The position numbers were made by a program, and so were the translations under genes. Below are positions 1 through 10,649 of a stretch of DNA of 64,000 nucleotides, piece by piece; within the stretch, counting starts at the first letter, position 1, and every line of letters starts with the position of its first letter. Origin of the DNA: Bacteroidota bacterium. GTDB taxonomy: Bacteria; Bacteroidota; Bacteroidia; Flavobacteriales; Flavobacteriaceae. The stretch is taken from the NCBI GenBank assembly GCA_022562895.1, contig JADFOK010000011.1:10851-74850 (forward strand), read 5' to 3'. The notes under the pieces are model-generated. The model did no database searches. It saw only the letters and a list, made by a program, of their open reading frames with translations, and had not been told where the DNA came from.

Positions 1-511
1 TTTCAATAGTATTTTGCTGAATACCTTTATGCCGTTTTATAGTAATATCTGGATGAAAATACATAGTAGCACCTACAATAATTCCTAGTCCTACCTGCCC
101 AAGAACTTTAAATTTACCCGACAATCCCTTTTTATTATTCTTAAATTTTTTAATGTAATCATCAATAAACCCTATGGTTCCCATCCATACCGTTGTTACT
201 AAAAGCAAAATCACATAGATATTCTCAAGTTTAGCAAATAATAATACTGGAATAATAGTTGCCAATATTATTATTATTCCCCCCATGGTTGGAGTTCCTG
301 CTTTTTCATTTTGCCCCTGCAACCCCAGGTCTCGTACAGTTTCTTCTATTTGTTTTTTTCGTAGATAATTGATGATTTTTTTTCCATATATAATAGCGAT
401 TAAAAGTGAAAATATTACTGCCATCGCTGCTCTAAACGTAATAAACTGAAAAAGACCTGCTCCTGGTATTTGGTATTTTTTCTCTAAAAAATCGAACAAA
501 TAATACAACAT
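1..511 (-). CDS. mraY: Phospho-N-acetylmuramoyl-pentapeptide transferase (partial, runs off window start)
   Basis: ATG at 511 reads [31 protein letters not shown]; later TPTMGG motif; directly downstream of murE in dcw order. Confidence 0.93.
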   Translation of the reverse strand, partial: MLYYLFDFLEKKYQIPGAGLFQFITFRAAMAVIFSLLIAIIYGKKIINYLRKKQIEETVRDLGLQGQNEKAGTPTMGGIIIILATIIPVLLFAKLENIYVILLLVTTVWMGTIGFIDDYIKKFKNNKKGLSGKFKVLGQVGLGIIVGATMYFHPDITIKRHKGIQQNTIE

Positions 512-514
512 AGA

Positions 515-1978
515 TTATTTATTTAAAGCATTTAATATTTGGTTAATTATTTTAAAATCATCAAAGTCAAATCGTTCTCCTTTAATCTCTTGGTAAGTCT
601 CATGACCCTTGCCAGCTACCAATATAATATCACCTTCTTGCGCTAATTGACAGGCAGTTTTTATTGCCTGTTTTCTATCTGTAATCGAAAGGGTTTTCTT
701 AAAATGTTCAGCAGGAACACCTGTTTCAATGGCTTCTATAATAGTTTTTGGGTCTTCACTTCTTGGATTATCGCTTGTAAAAATGACCTTCGAGCTAAGT
801 GAAGCAGCAATATTACCCATCTTAGGTCTTTTTTGAACATCCCTGTCACCGCCACAGCCTACTACAGTAATTAATTCTTCATTTCCAGTTCTAATGCTAT
901 TAATAGTCTCTAATACATTTTTTAATGCGGCAGGAGTATGAGCATAGTCTACAATAGATGTGATATTTTTTTTTGAAACTAAATATTGAAACCTTCCAAC
1001 TACACTTTCGAGTGTACTCATTAATTGAAGGGTTTCTATTGTATTCAACTTCATTAAATCTGCTACAGCATAAATAGCAAGGAGGTTGTATGCATTAAAA
1101 ATTCCTATAAGTTTTACCCATAATTCGTTGTTATTTATTTTCAGTAATAAACCGTTAAACTGATTTTCAAGAATTATTGTTTTATAATCTGCATAAGATT
1201 TTAATCCATAAGTATATTTTTTAGCAACTGAATTCTGAAGCATTACCTTCCCATTTTTATCATCTATGTTTACTAATGCAAAAGATCTTTTACTTAGCTT
1301 GTCAAAAAAAGATTTTTTTACATCCCGGTATTCATCAAAATCTTTATGATAATCCAAATGATCATGTGTTAAATTGGTAAAAACCCCGCCGATAAAATTT
1401 AGCCCTTCAGTACGTTTCTGATGAATGCCATGTGAGCTAACTTCCATAAAGCAATAATCTACTCCTACATCGACCATCTCTTTTAAATATTTATTGATTG
1501 TAATTGAATCAGGAGTTGTATGTGTAGCCTTATATTGTTTTGTATCGACCATAATTTTTACTGTTGAAAGCAATCCAACTTTATACCCAGCTTTCTTAAA
1601 AAGTTGATATAACAATGTGGTTATGGTAGTTTTTCCGTTAGTTCCAGTTACTCCAATAAGTTTTAATTTCTCAGAAGGATTATCATAATAATTGGCTGCC
1701 ACTATTGCCAATGCTTTTTGTGAATCTGAGACTTGTACATAAGTAATCCCTTCAACAATATCTTTTGGTATTTCTTCACAGATAACAGACATTACTCCAT
1801 TATCTGAAGCCATTTTAATATAATCATGACCATTTGTAACCGTTCCGCGTAACGCTACAAAGAGATCATTTGACTTTGCTTTTCTCGAATCAAATTCAAT
1901 TTTTTGAATATCCACAGAGGTATCCCCTATTACTTTTTCAATAGTTACTTTATATAATATATCTTTAAGTTGAATCAC
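515..1978 (-). CDS. murE: UDP-MurNAc-tripeptide synthetase (meso-DAP adding)
   Basis: GTNGKTT P-loop, EVSSH, DYAHTP, DNPR, GKGHE motifs. Confidence 0.97.
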   Translation of the reverse strand: MIQLKDILYKVTIEKVIGDTSVDIQKIEFDSRKAKSNDLFVALRGTVTNGHDYIKMASDNGVMSVICEEIPKDIVEGITYVQVSDSQKALAIVAANYYDNPSEKLKLIGVTGTNGKTTITTLLYQLFKKAGYKVGLLSTVKIMVDTKQYKATHTTPDSITINKYLKEMVDVGVDYCFMEVSSHGIHQKRTEGLNFIGGVFTNLTHDHLDYHKDFDEYRDVKKSFFDKLSKRSFALVNIDDKNGKVMLQNSVAKKYTYGLKSYADYKTIILENQFNGLLLKINNNELWVKLIGIFNAYNLLAIYAVADLMKLNTIETLQLMSTLESVVGRFQYLVSKKNITSIVDYAHTPAALKNVLETINSIRTGNEELITVVGCGGDRDVQKRPKMGNIAASLSSKVIFTSDNPRSEDPKTIIEAIETGVPAEHFKKTLSITDRKQAIKTACQLAQEGDIILVAGKGHETYQEIKGERFDFDDFKIINQILNALNK

Positions 1979-3975
1979 GATAAATTCAATATTATTTGAT
2001 TTCCTTTTTTAAAGGTTGAGCCAGACTTAATAGATTGCTTAGAAACAGTTCCATTACCAACGATTTTTACTTTTAATCCCATGTTTTCTAATAATGAAAC
2101 CGCGTCCATACCTGCCATTCCTATAACATTAGGGATTTTAGTGAATTGTTTTTGAGCGTTAGAATAATAGTCTTCATAATCTAATTTTACCAATATGTCT
2201 TCCTCTTCTATTTTTGAAACTTCGGAAATTAATGGTAAAACCGTAAATATTTTTTGAGCTATATGTTTAAACACCGGACCCGAAACATCAGCTCCATAAT
2301 AACCTTTTTTAATACTAGGCTTATGAATGATTACAATACAAGAGTATTTTGGATTTTCAGCTGGAAAATAACCAACAAATGAAGAAACATATCTTTTATT
2401 TTCGTTCCAATCTGGTTTCCAATATTCTGTTTGTGCCGTGCCAGTTTTCCCCGCCATGGAGAAATAGGTGGAGTACAATGACTTTCCTGTTCCCCTTTTT
2501 ATAACATTTTTTAAAATATCCTGAATTTGTAAAATTGTTTCTTCCGAACAAATCTTAGGATTGAGTATTTCTTTTTTAAAAGTTTTAACAGACATGTTCC
2601 AAGCTCGGACTTCGCTGATAAATCTAGGTTTTACCATCTCCCCATTATTGGCTATTGCATTATAGAATGTAAGTGTTTGTAAAGGGGTAAGTCGCAAATT
2701 ATATCCATATGCAATTGAGGGCAATGCGTTTTTACTCCATAATTTATGTCCAGGTCCTGGTAATACTGGTTTTCCTTCACCTTTAATGGGAATTCCCAGA
2801 GAATTACTTAACCCAAAACTCTTCAAACGGATTATAAATTTTTTTGGATCTTTCGAATATCCTTCGTCTATGATGGTTGCCATTCCAATATTTGAAGATA
2901 CTTCCAAAACGCGAGCCACTGAAATTTTTCCATACCCCCCTTTATGAGAATCATAAATCTTTCTTCCATAAAAAACTTTTTCACCAGATTTGGTGTCAAC
3001 AATTACACTTGTATCGATTATCTTATCTTCTAATGCAGCCATTAATGACATTACTTTAAAAGTAGAGCCCGGTTCATGAGATTCACCTACAGCATAGTTC
3101 AGTTTTTCATAATAAGTTCCTAGTTTGGTGCGTCCTAAATTAGAAATGGCTTTAATTTCGCCTGTTTTCACATCCATAACAATCACACATCCATGTTCAG
3201 CTTCATAATATTCCAATTGCTTCAAAAGTGCATGATGAGCAATGTCTTGAATATTTATATTTATGGTCGAAATAATATCGAAACCATCCTGTGGTTCTAC
3301 TTCATTTTCATCATAAACCGGTTTCCACTGTCCTTTTGCAATTTTTTGTTTTAGCCTCCTGCCATCTTTTCCGCGTAAAAGTTCATCAAAAGCACCTTCG
3401 AGCCCAACTTCATAACTACCTGGTCTTTCTCTTATTTCATTTCCCACTATACGTTCAGCAATTTTTCCAATTGGATGTTCTCTTACAGTACGTTGTTCAA
3501 CTATAATCCCTCCTTTATAAGGTCCTAAATTGAAAAGTGGAAAACGCTTCACTTTTAAATAATCTGAATAACCCAAATTTTTTGCTATTAAAAGGAATCT
3601 GTTTTTGTTTGTGCGAGCTTTTCTGAAAAGATTTTGATAATATGAAGATGACTTCCCAAGCATTTTACTAAGTTCTTTGGAAAGTGAAGGAATATGTTTT
3701 TTAAAATTTGAAGAAGAAACGGTAACTGCATCAAATCTAATGTTATATTTTGGCACTGAAGTGGCAAGTAAACTTCCATCATCTGAATAAATATTCCCCC
3801 GATTTGAAGAAATAATAAAGTTTCTAGTAGTATTTTTTAATGCTAATTCGCGGTACTTTTCTCCATCTACAAATTGAATATTTATCAATTTAATAGCCAC
3901 TAATATCGCAAAGATGAACATACATCCTGCAACAAAATAAAAGCGGTTTAAAATGTTCTTTTCTGATATGGACAC
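1975..3975 (-). CDS. ftsI: Class B penicillin-binding protein with C-terminal PASTA domain
   Basis: N-terminal TM, EPGSTFK (SxxK), SSN (SxN), KTG motifs; PASTA-like IPNVIGM; dcw position. Confidence 0.93.
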   Translation of the reverse strand: MSISEKNILNRFYFVAGCMFIFAILVAIKLINIQFVDGEKYRELALKNTTRNFIISSNRGNIYSDDGSLLATSVPKYNIRFDAVTVSSSNFKKHIPSLSKELSKMLGKSSSYYQNLFRKARTNKNRFLLIAKNLGYSDYLKVKRFPLFNLGPYKGGIIVEQRTVREHPIGKIAERIVGNEIRERPGSYEVGLEGAFDELLRGKDGRRLKQKIAKGQWKPVYDENEVEPQDGFDIISTININIQDIAHHALLKQLEYYEAEHGCVIVMDVKTGEIKAISNLGRTKLGTYYEKLNYAVGESHEPGSTFKVMSLMAALEDKIIDTSVIVDTKSGEKVFYGRKIYDSHKGGYGKISVARVLEVSSNIGMATIIDEGYSKDPKKFIIRLKSFGLSNSLGIPIKGEGKPVLPGPGHKLWSKNALPSIAYGYNLRLTPLQTLTFYNAIANNGEMVKPRFISEVRAWNMSVKTFKKEILNPKICSEETILQIQDILKNVIKRGTGKSLYSTYFSMAGKTGTAQTEYWKPDWNENKRYVSSFVGYFPAENPKYSCIVIIHKPSIKKGYYGADVSGPVFKHIAQKIFTVLPLISEVSKIEEEDILVKLDYEDYYSNAQKQFTKIPNVIGMAGMDAVSLLENMGLKVKIVGNGTVSKQSIKSGSTFKKGNQIILNLS

Positions 3976-3979
3976 TGCA

Positions 3980-4303
3980 CTACTTTTTTATGGTTGTTAT
4001 TATTTTTATTTTCTGAGGCGGCATTAATGATGGTTTTAATCCTCGCTTTTCCATCGTCTTAATAATTTTACTTTCCAATTTAGCCTGCATAAGAGTCATT
4101 CGCACATCAACATATTCACTTTTTAATTCTTTAACATCATTATTAAGTTGAGCAATTCGATGCACTTTTTTATCTGCACTATGCGAACTTGCTATCATAA
4201 TTAAAGCCAATACTGACAAAAAAATGATAAAACGCCAATTTTTAAAGGAGTCATCACTCACCAAAAACTTTGCTTTAAGTATGTTATAAAAATTGTTTTT
4301 CAC
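3980..4303 (-). CDS. ftsL: FtsL-like cell division protein
   Basis: Single TM then coiled coil; lies between rsmH and ftsI; GTG start. Confidence 0.8.
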   Translation of the reverse strand: MKNNFYNILKAKFLVSDDSFKNWRFIIFLSVLALIMIASSHSADKKVHRIAQLNNDVKELKSEYVDVRMTLMQAKLESKIIKTMEKRGLKPSLMPPQKIKIITTIKK

Positions 4304-4373
4304 TATTCCTTGTTAAACTCCTTTTGGTCCCGCTCAAAGAACTGACAATCTGCACCCCAAGCGGAGGGACACT

Positions 4374-5270
4374 TTATAATTTCTCAGCAACTCGAAGCTT
4401 TGCACTACGGGCCCTGTTGTTTACTTTTATTTCTTCTTCAGAAGGTATTTTAAATTTGCCTATAGGTTTAAAAGGCACTTTCACCCTGCCAAAGACATCT
4501 TTTTCTGGCTCTCCTTCAAAGAGGCCGCTTCTTATAAATCTTTTTACCAACCTATCTTCCAAAGAATGATATGAAATAAGACTCAACCGTCCACCGGGTT
4601 TTAAAACTTCTTGTGTTTGTGTTAAAAATTCTTTTAGAGCATCTAATTCTTGATTTACTTCTATTCTAATGGCCTGATAAACTTGCGCCAAGATTTTATA
4701 TTCTTTGTGTTTTGGTAAAAATTGTCTCAATGCACTTTTAAGTTCTTCAGTAGTAAGAATTGGTCCTTTTTCTCTAGTTTTAACTAAAAGTCTTGCCATC
4801 CCTGAAGCAGATCGTAACTCACCATATTTAAATAAAACATCCCTCAGTTGTACTTCGGAATATTTATTTACTACATCATAGGCCGAAAAATCTGCATTTT
4901 GATCCATTCGCATATCAAGATTTGCTTCAAATCGAGTTGAAAACCCGCGTTCAGCAACATCAAACTGATGAGATGAAACTCCAAAGTCTCCTAATATTCC
5001 ATTTACGCTGGTATATCCTTGAAAACGTAAAAATCGTTTGAAGAATCTAAAATTTTCGTTAATTAATAAAAAACGAGAATCATCAATAACATTTTCCAAT
5101 ACATCTTTATCTTGATCAAAAGCAATTAATTTTCCATTTATATCAAGCCTGCTTAGTATCTCCCGTGAATGTCCACCACCACCAAAAGTTACATCCACAT
5201 ATACTCCATTAGGTTGGATGTTAAGACCATTTACAGCTTCGGTTAACAATACCGGATTATGATATTCCAT
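4374..5270 (-). CDS. rsmH: 16S rRNA m4C1402 methyltransferase
   Basis: HNPVLL, DVTFGGGGHS, DFGVSS, ISYHSLEDR, RARSAKLR; MEYHNP start chosen. Confidence 0.97.
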   Translation of the reverse strand: MEYHNPVLLTEAVNGLNIQPNGVYVDVTFGGGGHSREILSRLDINGKLIAFDQDKDVLENVIDDSRFLLINENFRFFKRFLRFQGYTSVNGILGDFGVSSHQFDVAERGFSTRFEANLDMRMDQNADFSAYDVVNKYSEVQLRDVLFKYGELRSASGMARLLVKTREKGPILTTEELKSALRQFLPKHKEYKILAQVYQAIRIEVNQELDALKEFLTQTQEVLKPGGRLSLISYHSLEDRLVKRFIRSGLFEGEPEKDVFGRVKVPFKPIGKFKIPSEEEIKVNNRARSAKLRVAEKL

Positions 5271-5730
5271 TGTTATCATCACTTTCTTCTCCCATTACTT
5301 CTTCGGCCAAATCAGCGAAATCATTGGCTGTATCATTAATAGCTTGTTCATATTTACTTTTATCCCAGATTTCAACAATATTAATTGCTGAAGAAATTAC
5401 TATCTCATTACTAATTCCCGCAATAGATGCAAGGTCTTTAGGAATAAGTATTCTACCCGTTGAATCCATCTCAACAGTCTTTACTCCAGCTGTAAACCGC
5501 CGGATAAAATCATTGTTCTTGCGGTTAAAACGGTTAAGTTTACCCATTTTCTGCATCAGTAATTGCCATTCCTCCATTGGGTACAACTCCAGGCATGGCT
5601 GAAAAACAGCGCGCTTAATAACAAACCCGTTTGTAGAAACAGGAGCTAACTGTTTTTTTAAAGCCGAAGGCAACATCAATCGTCCTTTTACATCTGCTTT
5701 GCACTCGTATGTCCCAATTAAATTGAGCAT
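5257..5730 (-). CDS. mraZ: Transcriptional regulator MraZ
   Basis: DVKGRLMLP and DSTGRILIP repeats, EIWD; first gene of dcw cluster. Confidence 0.96.
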   Translation of the reverse strand: MLNLIGTYECKADVKGRLMLPSALKKQLAPVSTNGFVIKRAVFQPCLELYPMEEWQLLMQKMGKLNRFNRKNNDFIRRFTAGVKTVEMDSTGRILIPKDLASIAGISNEIVISSAINIVEIWDKSKYEQAINDTANDFADLAEEVMGEESDDNNGIS

Positions 5731-5778
5731 GAGGGGATTTTTTTTTTAAAATATAGTTTCAAATATATAGAACATTTA

Positions 5779-5802
5779 CCACATTTTACCACATTTTACC
5801 AC
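5779..5802 (-). promoter_or_regulatory. MraZ-binding direct repeats (3x GTGG at 10-nt period)
   Basis: Minus strand GTGGTAAAATGTGGTAAAATGTGG about 50 nt upstream of mraZ; MraZ is known to bind GTGG/TGGG-type repeats in its own promoter. Confidence 0.75.
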
Positions 5803-5929
5803 AATGTTAATAAGTTTTATCACATCTGGTGGTATAACTTCTAAATTTTTAAAAAACAAGGTGTTGTAATATTTTTAAACCGAAAAATAAAATTGCTTAC
5901 TTTTGCTTTGCTAATTGCATTAACCAAAT

Positions 5930-6694
5930 ATGGCTCATAAGATTAATAAAGAGGGGAAATTTACATATCTAGACATAGGGGAAGGAACTCCGGTTATCAT
6001 ATTACATGGGCTTATGGGTGGTTTAAGTAACTTTGATGGTATAATAAATTTTTTTCCTGAAAAAGGGTATCGAATTTTAATCCCCGAGTTACCTATTTAC
6101 AAAATGTCCCTGATTAAAACCAATGTAAAGAGTTTTGCAAAATATGTATCTGAATTTATTGATCATATGGGTTTTAATAAAATTATTTTATTGGGAAATT
6201 CTCTTGGAGGTCATATTGGTCTGTATTGTAGTAAATCTTTTCCTAAAAAATTAACAGCATTAATTATCACTGGGAGTTCTGGTTTATATGAAAGTGCGAT
6301 GGGTGGTTCATTCCCAAAACGTGGTGATTACAATTACATTAAACAAAAAGCTGAAGATGTTTTTTATGACCCTGCAATTGCTACTAAAGAAATCGTAGAT
6401 GAGGTTTTTGCTTCAATTAACGATAGAAACAAACTAATACGTACCCTTGCAATTGCCAAAAGTGCAATTCGCCATAATATGTCTAAAGATTTACCGCATA
6501 TGCCAACACCAACTTGTATTATATGGGGTAAAAATGATACGGTAACATCTCCTGATGTTGCAATAGAATTTCATGATCTACTCCCGGACTCCGATTTATT
6601 TTGGATTGATAAGTGTGGTCATGCACCGATGATGGAACATCCAGATGAATTTAATAAAATTCTCTTCGCCTGGTTACAAAAACGGGAATTTTAA
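5930..6694 (+). CDS. Alpha/beta-fold hydrolase
   Basis: HGLMGG oxyanion motif, GNSLGG nucleophile elbow, GHAPMME His. Confidence 0.9.
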   Translation: MAHKINKEGKFTYLDIGEGTPVIILHGLMGGLSNFDGIINFFPEKGYRILIPELPIYKMSLIKTNVKSFAKYVSEFIDHMGFNKIILLGNSLGGHIGLYCSKSFPKKLTALIITGSSGLYESAMGGSFPKRGDYNYIKQKAEDVFYDPAIATKEIVDEVFASINDRNKLIRTLAIAKSAIRHNMSKDLPHMPTPTCIIWGKNDTVTSPDVAIEFHDLLPDSDLFWIDKCGHAPMMEHPDEFNKILFAWLQKREF

Positions 6695-6704
6695 TCCAAA
6701 AAAA

Positions 6705-7310
6705 ATGCAGATTAAATCGGCAGAATTTGTGGTAAGCAACACTAATGTTGACAAATGCCCCAAAGACAGACTCCCAGAATATGCTTTTATAGGTAGGTCT
6801 AATGTTGGGAAATCGTCACTTATTAATATGTTAATGCAACGTAAACATTTGGCCAAAACATCGGGTAGACCAGGAAAAACACAATTAATCAATCATTTTA
6901 TAATAAATAAAAATTGGTATTTGGTCGATTTACCCGGCTATGGTTATGCACGGGTCTCAAAAAGTAACAAAAAAGTATTTCAGAAGTTTATCACCCAATA
7001 TTTTAAAAACCGTCAACAATTAGTCCTGGCTTTTGTGTTGATAGATTCCAGGCTTGAACCTCAAAAAATCGATTTAGAATTTATGGAATGGTTGAGTGAA
7101 AATCAAATTCCCTTTTCTATTATATTTACCAAATCCGATAAATTAAAACCCAACGCTCTAAAACGAAACATAGATGCATATTCGATTAAGATGCTTGAAT
7201 CTTGGGAGGAAATGCCACATTATTTTGTCAGCTCTTCAAGTAAAGGAACAGGACGCGATGGATTATTAAATTATATTGCTGATGTCAATTTACAGGTAAA
7301 CGATTTGTAA
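6705..7310 (+). CDS. engB: Ribosome biogenesis GTPase EngB/YihA
   Basis: [20 protein letters not shown]; MQIKSAEF start. Confidence 0.96.
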   Translation: MQIKSAEFVVSNTNVDKCPKDRLPEYAFIGRSNVGKSSLINMLMQRKHLAKTSGRPGKTQLINHFIINKNWYLVDLPGYGYARVSKSNKKVFQKFITQYFKNRQQLVLAFVLIDSRLEPQKIDLEFMEWLSENQIPFSIIFTKSDKLKPNALKRNIDAYSIKMLESWEEMPHYFVSSSSKGTGRDGLLNYIADVNLQVNDL

Positions 7311-7669
7311 TTAAATCAATTAGTTAATTAAAAAAAGTCAGTATATATAATTCATTAGAAGAAATAAACACATTTAATACCCATCCTTCCTAAGAAAATA
7401 TAAATAGGTAAGTCACTCCAATATTTATTTAGTATTGTTGTTGTCTTAAAATTGTATTGAGTCTGAAATTCATCAAGATGATAAAACTTCATATTATAAG
7501 TAGATTTTTGTCTATAAATTCTGCCAAAACTAATCTTCTTTAAAAACTCAAAAGGTTTTGGCCTATACATTACATTCGCAAGTGGAAGGCCTTACAATTT
7601 TATGTAAACTCTCCAACCAGGTATTTAACTTACCTGAATTAGTATTATAGACCAAGGTGAGTTGCTTTT

Positions 7670-8005
7670 TTACTTTTTCAATTCCATTTTTTCAGCAAAA
7701 TAATCGCAAAAATCATGCATAGTCGCACTCATTTTATAATCGTTAGTTGCTTTCTCAAAGGTATCTGCTAAAGCTCTTAATGTCTGATAAAAAAAAACTT
7801 TCATTTCATCCAAGGGCATGTCTTTTGTCCATAAATCAATACGCAATGCTTCTTTTGCTTTGTGGTCCCAAACCGACATAAAAATGGCTTTAGAAGGTTT
7901 ATTTTTAATTCCACTATCCTGTGCAGACCAATGTAGAGATTCAGGTATTTTATTTTCGTCCAGTGTTACCTTAATTGATATGTCTGAAGTATTTTTTTTA
8001 TTCAT
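7670..8005 (-). CDS. gldC: Gliding motility protein GldC
   Basis: LRIDLWTKDMP, TMHDFCDYFAEK; follows gldB. Confidence 0.92.
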   Translation of the reverse strand: MNKKNTSDISIKVTLDENKIPESLHWSAQDSGIKNKPSKAIFMSVWDHKAKEALRIDLWTKDMPLDEMKVFFYQTLRALADTFEKATNDYKMSATMHDFCDYFAEKMELKK

Positions 8006-8961
8006 TACTTTTTGGGTTTATATTTAGACTTTTTAAATATTTGGTTTGCATCCTGCATCAATAGTTGATGAATTTTTACAGGGTTTTTTTTCATATATGA
8101 TCGTACTATTTGCCAGCCCATATACCTCCCTACCCTTCCCGGAGAATCATTATCAATTTCGAGATAAAATTTAGAAAATGGAGCTGGATTTAAAAAACGG
8201 GCAGTTAATTTTGGATCTGTACTGTATAAAATTTCATTTTCTACAAAATTACGCCAAATTTCAGTTTCATTTTCTTCAACCCACTTAAATTCATCTTTGG
8301 TATATCCTATTTTTTCAGCATCAGATATATGAGGTAACCACAATTCTTTTAAATACAATTCCTTTCCAAAATAAATCATTTGTGCTAAAAAGAAACGATG
8401 TTGTGGTTTTGAGATAAGTTGTTTTGCGTAGGAGGTCGCAATATCGGGAGTGATTTGAGATTCCTTCATGTTTTGAGAAAAATATTTTGGAATTCCATCA
8501 TAAAATGGATGATTAATTCCCAGATAAGTATCTAAAGAAACGATTAGTAAACTGTCTGAAGTGATTATTTTATTTTTATAATCTACATCCGAAATAATTG
8601 TAATAACCAACGGCGATTTAAATTGTGGAAAATAATATTTTATATGTTGAAAAAGAGAAAGAAGATCGCTATGCAATTTTTCATCTGTAGGAAATTTATT
8701 AATTACTTCCCGGTAAAGTTGTTGTTGAAGTGTATCTAGTATTTTTTGAACCCATATACTATCGTGATATTGTATGGGAAAGAAAACCGGGTATTTTCTC
8801 TTAAGTTCAGGGATATCTTTAGTATTGGCAGTCCCAAAAATCTTATCGAATCTAATTATCTCAAAATCAATTGGAACACTGGCAATATTCTTTTCGGTTT
8901 TATCTTCGGTAAAACAACCAACAAATAAAATCACAACAAAAATAAACAGGTATTTCTTCAT
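8005..8961 (-). CDS. gldB: Gliding motility lipoprotein GldB
   Basis: Lipobox FVGC; APFSKFYLEID, SPGRVGRYMGWQIV. Confidence 0.92.
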   Translation of the reverse strand: MKKYLFIFVVILFVGCFTEDKTEKNIASVPIDFEIIRFDKIFGTANTKDIPELKRKYPVFFPIQYHDSIWVQKILDTLQQQLYREVINKFPTDEKLHSDLLSLFQHIKYYFPQFKSPLVITIISDVDYKNKIITSDSLLIVSLDTYLGINHPFYDGIPKYFSQNMKESQITPDIATSYAKQLISKPQHRFFLAQMIYFGKELYLKELWLPHISDAEKIGYTKDEFKWVEENETEIWRNFVENEILYSTDPKLTARFLNPAPFSKFYLEIDNDSPGRVGRYMGWQIVRSYMKKNPVKIHQLLMQDANQIFKKSKYKPKK

Positions 8962-9060
8962 AATTAAAACTACTTTGCAAGGGTTTAACGCAAAACCTTT
9001 TTTTAAATTTTACTTTTCCTTTATTTTTGCTTTGTAAAGGTATTATTTAAAACTTACAAA

Positions 9061-9852
9061 ATGAATACTAAAGAAGTTGTTGACTATATAGTAAATTGGT
9101 TAAAGAACTATGCAGAAAATGCAAACTTAGAAGGATTTGTTATAGGTATAAGCGGTGGAATAGATTCTGCAGTAACTTCTACTTTATGCGCAAAAACCGG
9201 ATTATCAACTTTATGTATAGAAATGCCCATTCACCAGTCAAAAAACCAGGTTTCCAGAGCAAAAGAACACATAGAACAATTAAAAATAAGATTTCCGAAT
9301 GTTAAACATAAGTGTGTGGATTTGACTCCTGTTTTTGAAGAATTTAAAAAACAAGCATCAATTCCTGAAAATGACACTTTTTTAGATATAACATTAGCGA
9401 ATTCAAAAGCTCGTTTACGTATGACAACATTATTTTATTTTGCAGGTCTTTACCGGTATCTGGTAGCTGGTACCGGTAATAAAGTAGAAGATTTTGGTGT
9501 TGGTTTTTTTACAAAGTATGGTGATGGTGGTGTTGATCTTAGTCCTATTGCGGATTTATTAAAAAGTGAGGTTTATAATGTAGGATATCAAGTAAAAGTA
9601 CCAGATTCTATTCTTAATGCAGCCCCTACAGATGGCTTGTTTGGTGACAATCGTACCGATGAAGATCAATTAGGTGCTAGTTATGATGAATTAGAATGGG
9701 CTATGAAAATGAAAAACATAGGAAAAAAGATAATTGATTTTAAAAATCGCGAAAAAACAGTGTTTGAAATATATAAACGCTTAAATTGTGTAAATCAACA
9801 CAAAATGATACCAATACCCATATGTATAATTCCCTCTGCATTAAAAAAATAA
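9061..9852 (+). CDS. nadE: NH3-dependent NAD+ synthetase
   Basis: GISGGIDS, ARLRM, FFTKYGDGG, PTDGL. Confidence 0.96.
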   Translation: MNTKEVVDYIVNWLKNYAENANLEGFVIGISGGIDSAVTSTLCAKTGLSTLCIEMPIHQSKNQVSRAKEHIEQLKIRFPNVKHKCVDLTPVFEEFKKQASIPENDTFLDITLANSKARLRMTTLFYFAGLYRYLVAGTGNKVEDFGVGFFTKYGDGGVDLSPIADLLKSEVYNVGYQVKVPDSILNAAPTDGLFGDNRTDEDQLGASYDELEWAMKMKNIGKKIIDFKNREKTVFEIYKRLNCVNQHKMIPIPICIIPSALKK

Positions 9853-10016
9853 GGGTTATTTAACGAATATTTTTGAAGTTGAGCGAAATTTCCCTCAAAT
9901 CTATTTAATTTAATTTAGTTTTTTTTACTTTGGTTGAATGTAATTGTTTTACAAAACCTCACACTTATAGCATTTTATTGTTTTAAGTGTCTTTTTGAAA
10001 TAATGAAGACTATTAA

Positions 10017-10649
10017 ATGAAGACAATTTTAATTGCTGATCATCATCCTGTAACTAGAAAAGGAGTTACCTGTATGTTAAAGACAAATAATGATTTTTCC
10101 ATTATTGGTAAAGCGAATAATGGTGATGAGTTATATAAAAAATTAGAAAAACACAATCCTGACATTTTAATAATGGAAATTGATATGCCACAAATAAATG
10201 GCATAAATGCTTTACGAGGAATAAAGTCACAATTTCCAAAAACACGGGTCCTTATTTTTTCAACACATCCTGAAGAAATTTATGCATTACGCTCTATTAA
10301 ATCGGGAGCTGCAGGATATGTCCCAAAAACTGCTTCTACAAAAATTTTCTTAAAAGCACTTAAACAAATTGCCAAAGGCGGTATTTTCTTAAATGAAGAG
10401 TTAACTTCAACTTTCACAAGTCGTAATGTAGGAGAAACAAGTGCAATTAGCCGATATAAAAAATTATCCTCCAGAGAGATCGAAGTTTTAAATCTTTTAT
10501 CTATTGGTAAACGAAATAAAGATATTGCAACTGCTTTAAACATTAATGAAAAGACAGTAAGTACTTATAAAACAAGATTACTGAAAAAGCTGAAAGTGGA
10601 TAACCTTGCAGATTTAATCCACCAGTCTAGAATGTTTCAGTTTGGTTAA
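10017..10649 (+). CDS. NarL/LuxR-family response regulator (atypical receiver)
   Basis: Receiver fold plus LSSREIEVL...KTVSTYKTRLLKKL LuxR HTH; Glu at expected phospho-Asp position. Confidence 0.9.
   Translation: MKTILIADHHPVTRKGVTCMLKTNNDFSIIGKANNGDELYKKLEKHNPDILIMEIDMPQINGINALRGIKSQFPKTRVLIFSTHPEEIYALRSIKSGAAGYVPKTASTKIFLKALKQIAKGGIFLNEELTSTFTSRNVGETSAISRYKKLSSREIEVLNLLSIGKRNKDIATALNINEKTVSTYKTRLLKKLKVDNLADLIHQSRMFQFG

Noticed and set aside
7355-7570. 71-aa ORF between engB and gldC
   Set aside because: No recognisable motif in very AT-rich DNA; may be a remnant but I cannot support it.
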